Assembly (NCBI GenBank): GCA_902790115.1
Contig: CADAQS010000005.1
Location: forward strand, 1 to 47,502
Reading direction: 5' to 3'
DNA from: an uncultured Eubacteriales bacterium
GTDB taxonomy: Bacteria; Bacillota; Clostridia; Christensenellales; CAG-138
Length of the DNA stretch: 47,502 nt
Below the pieces are notes generated by a model. It was given only the letters and a program-made list of their open reading frames with translations. It was not told the DNA's origin and did not search any database. A program made the position numbers and the translations under genes. Below are positions 30,190 to 39,057 of the stretch, piece after piece; within the stretch, counting starts at the first letter, position 1; each line of letters opens with the position of its first letter.

Positions 30190-31412
30190 ACGGTCTCCTT
30201 TCCGTTTCTGCACACGCCGCGCTTCCAGACTGCGGCGGCGCGGTTGGTTCCGTAACGGTAGATCAGCTGTTCGAGATTGTCCGCATCCCAGACGACGAGA
30301 TCGCAGAGTTTGCCGGGTTCGAGCGTACCGAGCCGGTCGGACAGTCGGATCGCGGCTGCGCCGTTCAGCGTAGCGGCGGAGAGCACCTCCTCCGGCGTCA
30401 GCCGTCCGTAGAGGCAGGCGGCGGTCATGGCGAAGGGCAGGGAAAGGTTCGGTGTCGAGCCGGGGTTCATATCGGTCGCGACGGCGACAGGAACATCCGC
30501 GTCGATCATGCCGCGGAAATTGCCGTACGGCTTTTGCAGATAGAACGAGGTCGCCGGCAGCATAACCGCGATCACGCCGCCGTCCTTGAGCGCACGGATG
30601 CCGTCCGCGCCGGTCTCGCTGAGGTGGTCGCAGCTGACGGCGCCGACGCGCTTTGCGGCTTCGGTACCGCCGATTTCCCGTATTTCATCCGCGTGCAGCT
30701 TCGGCAGAAGACCGTACCGCTTTCCGGTAAGCAGGATCCGCTCGGCCTGTTCGGCCGTGAACACGCCTGCGTCGCAGAAGACGTCGCAGAACGCGGCAAG
30801 CCCTTCTGCGGCAACGGCCGGAATCGCGATGTCGCAGAGAAAGTCTACATAGTCCTCGTGCGACATTTCCTCGGGAAACGCGTGCGCACCGAGAAACGTT
30901 GCCGCAAGATCGGGATTGTCGCTTTTCAGCCGCTGCACGACGCGGAGCTGCTTCTGCTCGGTCGCAAGGTCGAGCCCGTAGCCGCTTTTGATCTCGAGCG
31001 CGGTCGTGCCGTGGGCGAGCATCTCGTCCATCAGCGCTTTGGTCTTTGCATAAAGCGCATCCTCGCTTGCGCGGCGCGTTTCGCGGACCGTGGACAGGAT
31101 GCCGCCGCCGGCGGCGAGAATTTCGAGATACGTTGCGCCGGCGAGCTTCCTTGCAAGCTCCTTTTCGCGCCAGCCGCCGAACACAAGGTGCGTGTGGCAG
31201 TCGACAAGGCCCGGCGTCACGAGACGGCTTTGGCAGTCAACGACCTCGTCTGCTTCGGGCGGTTTGCCTTCGCCAAGCGAAACGATCCGTTCGCCCTCGC
31301 AAAGGAGCCATGCGTCATGCAGACGACGGATCTCGCCCTGCGCCTTTCCAAAGACGGCTTCGGTGCCGCAGGCGGTTGCGAGTTCGCCGATGCGAGTGAA
31401 TAAGCGCCTCAT
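30186..31412 (-). CDS. hutI: Imidazolonepropionase
   Basis: 408 aa from MRRLFTRIGELAT. Motifs PGLVDCHTHLVFGG, KLHADE and ATDMNPGS. Its ATG overlaps the upstream stop (ATGA at 31409-31412). The 141-codon Arg-rich 5' extension in the track is rejected. Confidence 0.9.
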   Translation of the reverse strand: MRRLFTRIGELATACGTEAVFGKAQGEIRRLHDAWLLCEGERIVSLGEGKPPEADEVVDCQSRLVTPGLVDCHTHLVFGGWREKELARKLAGATYLEILAAGGGILSTVRETRRASEDALYAKTKALMDEMLAHGTTALEIKSGYGLDLATEQKQLRVVQRLKSDNPDLAATFLGAHAFPEEMSHEDYVDFLCDIAIPAVAAEGLAAFCDVFCDAGVFTAEQAERILLTGKRYGLLPKLHADEIREIGGTEAAKRVGAVSCDHLSETGADGIRALKDGGVIAVMLPATSFYLQKPYGNFRGMIDADVPVAVATDMNPGSTPNLSLPFAMTAACLYGRLTPEEVLSAATLNGAAAIRLSDRLGTLEPGKLCDLVVWDADNLEQLIYRYGTNRAAAVWKRGVCRNGKETV

Positions 31413-32305
31413 AACAGCTGATTCTCCAGAACCTGCTTTTGCGGGTCGAACTGCTCGATCTGCAGGTAGTATGCCGCCGAATCGATCAGCGCGGCCATCG
31501 GCGAAAGGCCGATGATCTCGGTTCCGATGATGTTCACGCCGTAGCGCGCTGCCTCGAAGCGAACCAGCTCGAGCACACGGTACAGCGGCGTTTGCCGGAA
31601 GTCGCACATGTTGATCGAGACCTGCGCGATATTGCGCTCCTCGAGCATGACGCCGAGCGCCTTGACGGACTTGAGCCCGCCGCTCGATTCGCGGATGATT
31701 TTCGCGATGCGGCTTGCAATCGAAACGTCCGGCGTATCCAGGTTGATGTTGAACGCGATCAGCGGCATACGCGCGCCGACGGCGACGACGCCCGCGCTCG
31801 GATGGATGCGGTTGCCGCCGAAATCCGGGTGCCATTGTTCGTCGAGCACCTTTTCGGCCATGCCCTCGAACTGACCCCTGCGGATCGCGGCAAGGTTTTT
31901 GCGGTGCGGCGCGGACGCGCTTTCTTCATACAGAAACACCGGAAGATCCAGCTCGTCAGAAAGACGCTTGGCAAGCTTTTTGGACAGCTCGACGCATTCC
32001 GCCATCTCCATACCGCGAACCGGAACGAACGGGATCACATCGACCGCGCCCATGCGCGGATGCTCGCCCTCGTGGACGCGGAGGTCGATCTTCTCGACCG
32101 CGGCCCTGGCAAGCGCGAACGCGGCTTCCAGAACCCTTTCCGGCTCGCCGAGAAACGTGAACACCGAGCGGTTGTGGCTCGCGTCCGAGGAATAGTCGAT
32201 CAGCGTGACGCCCGGAACGGCGCGCACGCAGTCGGCAACCGCTTCGATGATCTCGGGGCGGCGGCCTTCGCTGATGTTCGGGATACATTCCATCAATTTT
32301 GCCAT
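31409..32305 (-). CDS. ftcD: Glutamate formimidoyltransferase (FTCD N-domain)
   Basis: 298 aa. Starts MAKLMECIPNISEGRR, followed by HPRMGAVDVIPFVP. AAGGAG SD lies inside the end of hutU. Confidence 0.9.
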   Translation of the reverse strand: MAKLMECIPNISEGRRPEIIEAVADCVRAVPGVTLIDYSSDASHNRSVFTFLGEPERVLEAAFALARAAVEKIDLRVHEGEHPRMGAVDVIPFVPVRGMEMAECVELSKKLAKRLSDELDLPVFLYEESASAPHRKNLAAIRRGQFEGMAEKVLDEQWHPDFGGNRIHPSAGVVAVGARMPLIAFNINLDTPDVSIASRIAKIIRESSGGLKSVKALGVMLEERNIAQVSINMCDFRQTPLYRVLELVRFEAARYGVNIIGTEIIGLSPMAALIDSAAYYLQIEQFDPQKQVLENQLL

Positions 32306-32309
32306 ATCG

Positions 32310-34310
32310 TTACTCCTTCAAAGCATTCTGAACGGCAGCATGGATCAGCGCATCGTCGGCGATGTGCGGGACGGTGATGCAGTCGGTGCCTTCGTTGTCG
32401 CGGTTGTAGGCGAGTACGGTCTCGATCGCATTCTCGTTCCGCGCCCATGCGCGCCGCGCGACGCCGCCCATCGTGTCCCACGGCATCGCGGATTTCAGAA
32501 TCGTGTCCACGCGCTCGCTGCCGTCAAGCACCATGCCGAAGCCGCCGTTGACAGCCTTGCCGATGCCGACGCCGCCGCCGTTGTGCAGCGCGATCAGGCT
32601 CATGCCGCGCGCCGCGTTGCCGGCAAAGCACTGCACGGCCATGTCGGCCATAATGTTCGAACCGTCCTTGATGTTGCTCGTCTCGCGGAACGGCGAATCC
32701 GTGCCGCCGGTGTCATGGTGGTCGCGTCCGAGCATGACCGGCCCGATCTCGCCGTTTCGAACCATTTCGTTGAAGCGCAGCGCGATCTTCAGCCGGCCCA
32801 TTGCGTCCTGATACAGGATGCGCGCCTGCGTGCCGACGACCATCTTGTTCTTCTTGGCGTCGCGTACCCAGACCCAGTTGTCGCGATCCTGATAGCGCCG
32901 CGTCGGGTCGATGCAGTCCATCGCGGCCTGGTCGGTCTTGTCGAGATCCTCGGGCTTGCCGGACAGGCAGACCCAGCGGAACGGGCCGTAGCCGTAGTCG
33001 AACAGCTGCGGGCCGAGAATGTCCTCAACGTAGGACGGATAGACGAAGCCGTCTTTTTCGTTTTCGCCGTTTTTGCAGATCCGGGTGACGCCGGCGTCAT
33101 AAACGGCCTTCAGGAAACTGTTGCCGTAGTCAAAGAAGTACGTTCCGCGGGCGGACAGCGTATCGATTGCGGCAATGTGCTGCAAAAGTGAAGCGTCCAC
33201 GGCTTTCCGGAACGCTTCGGGATCTTCGGCAAGCAGTTTTGTCCGCTGCTCGAACGAAAGCCCGACCGGGCAGTAGCCGCCTTCATAGACCGCGTGGCAG
33301 GAGGTCTGATCGCTTAAGAGATCGACGTGCACGTTCTGCTCGATCAGATAGTGCAGAAGGTCGACGACATTGCCGTGGTACGCGATCGCAAGCGGTTTGC
33401 CAGCCGCCTGCGCTTCCTCAGCCCATGCGACACATTCGGCAAGGTCGTCGCTGACGCGGCTGACCCAGCCCTGCCGGTAGCGCGTGTCAATGCGCGACGC
33501 ATCGACTTCCGCGATGATCGCAGCCGCACCGGCAATTTCGGCCGCCTTGCCCTGCGCGCCGCTCATGCCGCCGAGTCCGGCCGAAACAAACAGCCTTCCG
33601 GCAAGATCCTTGTCCTTCGGAATGCCGAGCTTGAGCCGTCCGGCGTTCAGCAGCGTGTTGAACGTGCCGTGGACGATGCCCTGCGGGCCGATGTACATCC
33701 AGCCGCCGGCGGTCATCTGCCCGTAATTCGCAACGCCGAGCGCAGCGGCACGGTTGAATTCCTCAGGTTTATCGAACAGACCGACCATCAGACCGTTCGT
33801 CAGAATCACGCGCGGCGCGTTGGCATGGGAACGGAACACACCGAGCGGATGGCCGGATTCGATGACAAGCGTCTGCGTATCGGTCAGCTCGCGCAAATAC
33901 TGCTTGATCAGAAGGTATTGCATCCAGTTCTGGCAGACCTGCCCGGTTTCGCCGTAGGTGACAAGCTCATAGGGGTAGAGCGCGACCTCAAAGTCGAGAT
34001 TGTTGTCGATCATGACCTGAAAAGCGCGTCCTTCGATACACTTGCCCTCATAAGCATCGATCGGCTTTCCCCAGATGCGTCCCGCGGGGCGGAAGCGGTA
34101 GCCGTAAATGCGGCCGCGGGTCTTGAGCTCTTCCATGAATTCGGGCGCGAGCTCGGCATGAAACTGCTCGGGAATGTAGCGAAGCGCGTTCTTGAGCGCA
34201 AGCTCCATGTCGTGCTCGGACAGGTGGGAATCGCGGCGCGGCGCGCGGCGGATGCCGGGTTCAAACGGTTTCGGCTCGGGGAGCCGGTCGAGCTTCAATA
34301 CACAGTCCAT
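32310..34310 (-). CDS. hutU: Urocanate hydratase (long form)
   Basis: 666 aa. Motifs SAGLGGMSGAQGKA, MVIDNNLD and HDTGGTDSPFRETSN. AAGGAGGA SD. Confidence 0.9.
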   Translation of the reverse strand: MDCVLKLDRLPEPKPFEPGIRRAPRRDSHLSEHDMELALKNALRYIPEQFHAELAPEFMEELKTRGRIYGYRFRPAGRIWGKPIDAYEGKCIEGRAFQVMIDNNLDFEVALYPYELVTYGETGQVCQNWMQYLLIKQYLRELTDTQTLVIESGHPLGVFRSHANAPRVILTNGLMVGLFDKPEEFNRAAALGVANYGQMTAGGWMYIGPQGIVHGTFNTLLNAGRLKLGIPKDKDLAGRLFVSAGLGGMSGAQGKAAEIAGAAAIIAEVDASRIDTRYRQGWVSRVSDDLAECVAWAEEAQAAGKPLAIAYHGNVVDLLHYLIEQNVHVDLLSDQTSCHAVYEGGYCPVGLSFEQRTKLLAEDPEAFRKAVDASLLQHIAAIDTLSARGTYFFDYGNSFLKAVYDAGVTRICKNGENEKDGFVYPSYVEDILGPQLFDYGYGPFRWVCLSGKPEDLDKTDQAAMDCIDPTRRYQDRDNWVWVRDAKKNKMVVGTQARILYQDAMGRLKIALRFNEMVRNGEIGPVMLGRDHHDTGGTDSPFRETSNIKDGSNIMADMAVQCFAGNAARGMSLIALHNGGGVGIGKAVNGGFGMVLDGSERVDTILKSAMPWDTMGGVARRAWARNENAIETVLAYNRDNEGTDCITVPHIADDALIHAAVQNALKE

Positions 34311-34337
34311 AGATCCTCCTTGCAGACTTTGCGTGGT

Positions 34338-35888
34338 TCAATGAAAATCGGGAAGCATCTGCTTCACGGTGTTTTCGATTTCGGTATTGCGGATCAGCGT
34401 GTTGATCGCAGCAACGTGCGGACGCAGCTCTTCGTCCTGCGCGTAGAACGGGACGACCGCGCGGACCTTGTCGTAAACGACCTGCTGCGCGGGACTTAAC
34501 TCGCAGGTCTTGCGCAGGTCAATCCCCTGTACGGCAGCCATCAGTTCAAACGCGAGCACCGAGTACAGGTTCTCGACAATGCGGCGGCAGTTGCGTGCGG
34601 CGGTCGTGCCCATCGAGACGTGATCCTCCTGGTTCGCCGAGGACGGAATCGAATCGACGCTGGCAGGGTGCGCGTAGACCTTGTTTTCGGAGACGAGCGA
34701 CGCCGCGGAATACTGGCAGATCATGTAGCCCGAGTTGATGCCGCCGTCCGGCGCTAAAAATGCCGGCAGCCCGTTCGACAGCGCCGGGTTGACCATGCGC
34801 TCGAGGCGGCGCTCGGAGATCGACGCAAGCTCGGCCGCCGCGATCGACAGATAGTCCATCACAAGCGCGACCGGTTCGCCGTGAAAGTTGCCGCCCGACA
34901 GGACGCTTTCGTCGTCAAGAAACAGGATCGGGTTATCGGTGACGGCGTTCATCTCGGTCTCAAAGACGTGCCGGACGTGATGCAGCGCGTCGCGCACGGC
35001 GCCGTGCACCTGCGGGATGCAGCGGATCGCGTAGGCGTCCTGCACGCGAAGCGTCCGGTTGCGCTCCATCGACGGGCTGTTTTCGCACAGCAGCCGGATG
35101 TTGCTCGCGACGAGGCTCTGTCCGCCGTGCGGACGAACCGCGTGGATGCGCGGATCGAACGCCGAAAGCAGCGCGGTAAGCGCCTGCATCGTCAGGGACG
35201 CCGTGATGTCGGCAATTTCGGTCGCGCGGTTCAGATCGTACCACGCAAGCGTGCCGATCGCGGTCATGCACTGCGTGCCGTTGATCAGCGCAAGACCTTC
35301 CTTGGCGAGCAGATGAAACACCGGAATGCCGGCGCGGCGCATGGCTTCGCCGCCGGGCATGCGTTCGCCCTGATAGATCGCCTCGCCCTTGCCGAGCAGC
35401 ACGAGTGCCATGTGGGCAAGCGGAGCAAGGTCGCCGCTCGCGCCGAGCGAACCCTGTTCGGGCACGATCGGATGAACGCCCTTGTTCAGCATCGCGATCA
35501 GCGCTTCGATCAGTTCGCGCCGGATGCCGGAATAGCCTTTGGAGAGCGCATTTGCACGGAGCAGCATCATCGCGCGAACGGTCTCCTCGGGCAACGGCGT
35601 GCCGACGGCAACGCAGTGACTCAGGATCAGATTCTCCTGCAGCTGCGCGCTCTGATCGCTGCCGATGGTGATCTTGGAAAACTCGCCGAACCCGGTCGAG
35701 ATGCCGTAAACGGTGCGTCCTTCGCGCACGATGCGCTCGACGAGCGCGCGCGAAGCGTCGATGGCTTCATAGGTGGAAGGGGAGAGCGATACGGTCGCAT
35801 GGAAGCGGGCAACCGCAACGACCTGCTCGATACGGAGAGATTCGCCGTCCAGCGTGACACGGCGAATGTTCTCGGTCAAATGGTTCAT
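34338..35888 (-). CDS. hutH: Histidine ammonia-lyase
   Basis: 516 aa from MNHLTENIRR. MIO-forming GSLGASGDLAPLAH, plus SANQEDHVSMG. AAGGACGG SD. The track 5' extension to 36065 is rejected. Confidence 0.9.
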   Translation of the reverse strand: MNHLTENIRRVTLDGESLRIEQVVAVARFHATVSLSPSTYEAIDASRALVERIVREGRTVYGISTGFGEFSKITIGSDQSAQLQENLILSHCVAVGTPLPEETVRAMMLLRANALSKGYSGIRRELIEALIAMLNKGVHPIVPEQGSLGASGDLAPLAHMALVLLGKGEAIYQGERMPGGEAMRRAGIPVFHLLAKEGLALINGTQCMTAIGTLAWYDLNRATEIADITASLTMQALTALLSAFDPRIHAVRPHGGQSLVASNIRLLCENSPSMERNRTLRVQDAYAIRCIPQVHGAVRDALHHVRHVFETEMNAVTDNPILFLDDESVLSGGNFHGEPVALVMDYLSIAAAELASISERRLERMVNPALSNGLPAFLAPDGGINSGYMICQYSAASLVSENKVYAHPASVDSIPSSANQEDHVSMGTTAARNCRRIVENLYSVLAFELMAAVQGIDLRKTCELSPAQQVVYDKVRAVVPFYAQDEELRPHVAAINTLIRNTEIENTVKQMLPDFH

Positions 35889-35928
35889 GCATCTACCGTC
35901 CTTATATGTAAAATTTAAGTATGTTCTA

Positions 35929-35957
35929 ATCATAACACTTGCCCGCGGGACTGTCAA
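35929..35957 (-). promoter_or_regulatory. Promoter for the hut operon (TTGACA-17-TATGAT, minus strand)
   Basis: Reverse complement of 35952-35957 is TTGACA. Reverse complement of 35929-35934 is TATGAT. The leader is AT-rich. Confidence 0.65.
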
Positions 35958-36003
35958 ACGGCGGGGACAATTTCCACAAAATATACAATTTTGCGCGCCG
36001 CCC

Positions 36004-36032
36004 TTGAACAAAAGCGCAGCGACGTGTATAAT
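36004..36032 (+). promoter_or_regulatory. Sigma-A-type promoter TTGAAC-17-TATAAT for the divergent membrane/M20 operon
   Basis: TTGAAC at 36004-36009 and TATAAT at 36027-36032. AAGGAGGGA SD and ATG 36093 lie downstream. Confidence 0.65.
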
Positions 36033-36092
36033 GATAGTACCGAAGCGGCACAGGCCGCTTTGCATCCGGCAGCGGTAAGGAGGGAAGCAAGT

Positions 36093-36869
36093 ATGGAGAT
36101 TCTGTCAATGCTGAACAGTCCCGTCATGTATCTGATCTGCGGCGGCATCATTCTGTTTGTCGCCGTGACCTGCATTGTCTTTGCGGTGCGCGCGTACCGC
36201 GCGGGCAGGGCGATCGGCATCGACGAGGGCAAGATGAAACGCGTGATCGCGGCAAGCACGACGTTTGCGGTGCTGCCGAGCGTCGGTATTCTGCTCGGCG
36301 TGATCGCGCTGTCGGGCAGCCTCGGGACGCCGTGGCCGTGGCTGCGGCTCTCCGTGATCGGCGCGCTGCACTATGAGACGCAGGTCGCCGAAGCCGCATC
36401 GGAGGCGGCGGGCATCGGACGGCTGTCCGCGGCGAATATGACGCCCGAAGCGTTCTCGACGATCGCGCTGTTGATGAGCTTTTGCATCATGTGGGGCATG
36501 GTGCTCGTGATCTTCAACGGCAAGGCGTATTCGCGCCGGCTTGCCGCGCCGAAGGTGACCGAAACGCAGCCCGGAAAGAAGAAGGCGGGGCTTGCCGCGT
36601 TCGGCGATCCCGCGATGACCGCAATGTTTATCGGACTCGTTTCGGCGTATATCGCAAGCTACATCGGCACGATCGTTTCGGGCAACGGAAGGTTCACGTT
36701 CACCGGAAGCTGGCTGCCGCTTGCGGTCGCGGCGATCTCCGGACTAGCGATGGCGGTCTTCATCCGGATCCGGGAAACGAAAAAGGCCGAGTGGATCGAC
36801 AGCTTTTCGGTGGCGGGCAGCATGCTGATCGCCATGGCGGCTGCGATCTTCCTCGGGAGGCTCTTGTAA
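36093..36869 (+). CDS. Polytopic membrane protein, uncharacterised (possibly DUF5058-like)
   Basis: 258 aa from MEILSMLNSPVMYLICGG, with about 6 hydrophobic helices and a central charged loop (RRLAAPKVTETQPGKKKAG). No transporter-superfamily motif recognised. The track start at 35991 is rejected. Confidence 0.65.
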   Translation: MEILSMLNSPVMYLICGGIILFVAVTCIVFAVRAYRAGRAIGIDEGKMKRVIAASTTFAVLPSVGILLGVIALSGSLGTPWPWLRLSVIGALHYETQVAEAASEAAGIGRLSAANMTPEAFSTIALLMSFCIMWGMVLVIFNGKAYSRRLAAPKVTETQPGKKKAGLAAFGDPAMTAMFIGLVSAYIASYIGTIVSGNGRFTFTGSWLPLAVAAISGLAMAVFIRIRETKKAEWIDSFSVAGSMLIAMAAAIFLGRLL

Positions 36870-36881
36870 AGGAGGCGCGCC

Positions 36882-37568
36882 ATGCACGAAACCGAATCCT
36901 CCCAAAGCCGGGAGCTCTATGAATCCTATCTGAATGCGACGCACCGGCTCGGCCGCGTGCTGACCGCCGCGACGCTGCTCCTGCTCGTCGGCGCACCGTT
37001 TGTGATCGGTCTGTATCTCGGCGCGCTGCCGAACCTCGGCGCAGTGCTCAAAGCGTTCCTCGGCGTCGGTCTGGTCTATCTGATCAGCGGCATCGTCGAA
37101 TATCTGATCTATGTGCCGATGCTCGGCGCAGGCGGCAGCTACCTCGCGTTCATCACCGGCAACCTGATCAACATGAAGATCCCGTGCGCGATCAACGCGC
37201 GCGACATCGTCGGCGTCAAGAGCGGTACGCCGGAAAACGAGATCATCGCAACGCTTTCGATCGCAACCTCGTCGCTGGTCACGATCGTCGTGCTCGCGCT
37301 CGGCGTGGTCCTGATGATCCCGCTGCAACCGGTGCTGCAGTCGCCGGTTTTGCAGCCTGCGTTTGAGAACGTCGTTCCGGCGCTGTTCGGCGCGATGGCG
37401 TACAAGTATTACCGCATGGACTTCAAGGTTGCGGCGATCGTGCTCGGCTGCATGACGCTGCTGTTCATTCTCGTGCCGTCGCTGATCGGCTCGACAAGCA
37501 TGATGGTCATCCCGAGCGGCGCGCTTGCGATCGGTCTGACTTATCTCGGTTGGCGCAAGAAGCAGTAA
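36882..37568 (+). CDS. Polytopic membrane protein, uncharacterised
   Basis: 228 aa with about 6-7 hydrophobic helices. GGAGG SD. Starts 12 nt after the upstream stop. No family recognised. Confidence 0.65.
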   Translation: MHETESSQSRELYESYLNATHRLGRVLTAATLLLLVGAPFVIGLYLGALPNLGAVLKAFLGVGLVYLISGIVEYLIYVPMLGAGGSYLAFITGNLINMKIPCAINARDIVGVKSGTPENEIIATLSIATSSLVTIVVLALGVVLMIPLQPVLQSPVLQPAFENVVPALFGAMAYKYYRMDFKVAAIVLGCMTLLFILVPSLIGSTSMMVIPSGALAIGLTYLGWRKKQ

Positions 37569-37578
37569 GGAGGCAGCT

Positions 37579-39018
37579 ATGCGGTATCTGTTGTATGGAT
37601 TGCTCGCCCTTTTGGGCGTACTGGCGCTGCTTGTTCTGATCGCGCTGATTCGGACGCTTCTGACGCCGAAAAAGACCTCAAAGTGGCAGCCCAAGGAGGA
37701 TCCCGCGCGCGAAGCGCAGTATGCGAACACGCTCTCCCGCATGGTGCAGGTTGAGACTGTGTCCCACAAGGGACAGATTCAGCGCGAGAAGTTCCTCGGC
37801 TTCCAGAAGGTGCTCGAAGAACTGTTCCCGCTCGTGCACAGCCGGCTCGAAAAGACCGAGATCGACGGCGCGCTGCTATACTGCTGGAAAGGCAAACACC
37901 ACGACCGCCCGCTCGTGCTGATGGGACATCAGGACGTCGTGCCCGCCGAGGGGACCTGGGAGCATGAACCGTTTTCCGGCGACATCGCGGACGGCAAGGT
38001 CTGGGGTCGCGGCAGCGCTGACACGAAATGCTCGGTCATGGCGTTTCTGCAGGCGGCGGAGGAACTGCTTGCGGCGGGCTACGAACCGGAGCAGGACGTG
38101 TATCTGTCCTCATCCAACACCGAAGAGGTCGGCGGCGACGGCTGTCCGAAGCTCGTGGCAGAGCTTGAGCGGCGCGGTGTGAAGCCGTACCTTGTCAACG
38201 ACGAGGGCGGCTCGATCGTGACCGAGCCGATGGCGGGCGTCGTCGGCAACTATGCGATGATCGGCGTGCTTGAAAAGGGACAGGGGAACCTTCTGATCTC
38301 GGCGCGCTCGAACGGCGGTCATTCGAGCTATCCGCCCAAAAATTCGCCGATCGTCCGGCTGTCGCGGTTCGTGTGCGCGCTGGAAAAGCACAGCCCGATG
38401 CGCTCGCAGATGAATCGGCAGGCAAAGGAAATGTTCTCTTCGATGGCGCCTTACGGGCCGTTTTACCTCCGGCTGCTGTTCGGGAACCTCTGGCTGTTCA
38501 AACCTTTGCTGGTGAAGCTGATGCCTTCGATCTCGGCGCAGGCCGCGGCGCTGCTCCGCACGACCGTCGCGCCGACGATGCAGACCGGTTCGGACGGCTG
38601 CAACGTGCTCCCGCAGGAAGCGACGCTGACGCTGAACCTGCGCTACATTCCGCATCAGGACATGGAGGAGAGCAACGCGGCGATCGAGGCACTTGCGAAA
38701 CGATATGACCTCGAGGTGCGGGTGCTCGACGCGTACCGGTCCTGTGAGCCGGTCGACACGCAGAATCCGGCGTTCGCGCTCGTGCGCGAGACGATCGGCG
38801 AGGTGTTCCCGAATCTGCCGGTCATTCCGTACGTCATGACGGGCGGCACGGATGCGCGGTTCTATCAGAAAATCTGCGGCGCGTGCGTGCGGTTCTCGCC
38901 GGTTGTGTACGGTCCGGCGCAGATGAAAGGCATGCACGGGCTCAACGAGAACCTCGACACGTACAGCTTGCCGGGCGCCGTGGACTATTACAAGACGCTG
39001 ATCCGGAAAAACCGATAA
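37579..39018 (+). CDS. Membrane-anchored M20-family metallopeptidase (carboxypeptidase S-like)
   Basis: 479 aa. N-terminal TM anchor YGLLALLGVLALLVLIALI. M20 motifs LMGHQDVVPA, GRGSADTKCS, SSNTEEVGG and MHGLNENL. AAGGAGG SD lies 10 nt after the upstream stop. Confidence 0.8.
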   Translation: MRYLLYGLLALLGVLALLVLIALIRTLLTPKKTSKWQPKEDPAREAQYANTLSRMVQVETVSHKGQIQREKFLGFQKVLEELFPLVHSRLEKTEIDGALLYCWKGKHHDRPLVLMGHQDVVPAEGTWEHEPFSGDIADGKVWGRGSADTKCSVMAFLQAAEELLAAGYEPEQDVYLSSSNTEEVGGDGCPKLVAELERRGVKPYLVNDEGGSIVTEPMAGVVGNYAMIGVLEKGQGNLLISARSNGGHSSYPPKNSPIVRLSRFVCALEKHSPMRSQMNRQAKEMFSSMAPYGPFYLRLLFGNLWLFKPLLVKLMPSISAQAAALLRTTVAPTMQTGSDGCNVLPQEATLTLNLRYIPHQDMEESNAAIEALAKRYDLEVRVLDAYRSCEPVDTQNPAFALVRETIGEVFPNLPVIPYVMTGGTDARFYQKICGACVRFSPVVYGPAQMKGMHGLNENLDTYSLPGAVDYYKTLIRKNR

Positions 39019-39022
39019 GGGA

Positions 39023-39051
39023 TTGACAAACGGCCGATTCTGTGATACAGT
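39023..39051 (+). promoter_or_regulatory. Sigma-A-type promoter TTGACA-17-TGaTACAGT
   Basis: TTGACA at 39023-39028 and TGA TACAGT at 39043-39051. Confidence 0.65.
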
Positions 39052-39057
39052 ATCCTA

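Noticed and set aside
31413-31835. 5' extensions of track ORFs: hutI to 31835, hutH to 36065, sigK to 3291, LRR lipoprotein to 6014, kinase to 14581, amylosucrase to 21292, and others
   Set aside because: The extensions overlap upstream genes, promoters or the tRNA. They translate to low-complexity sequence. They also precede internal ATGs that have good SDs and family-typical N-termini.
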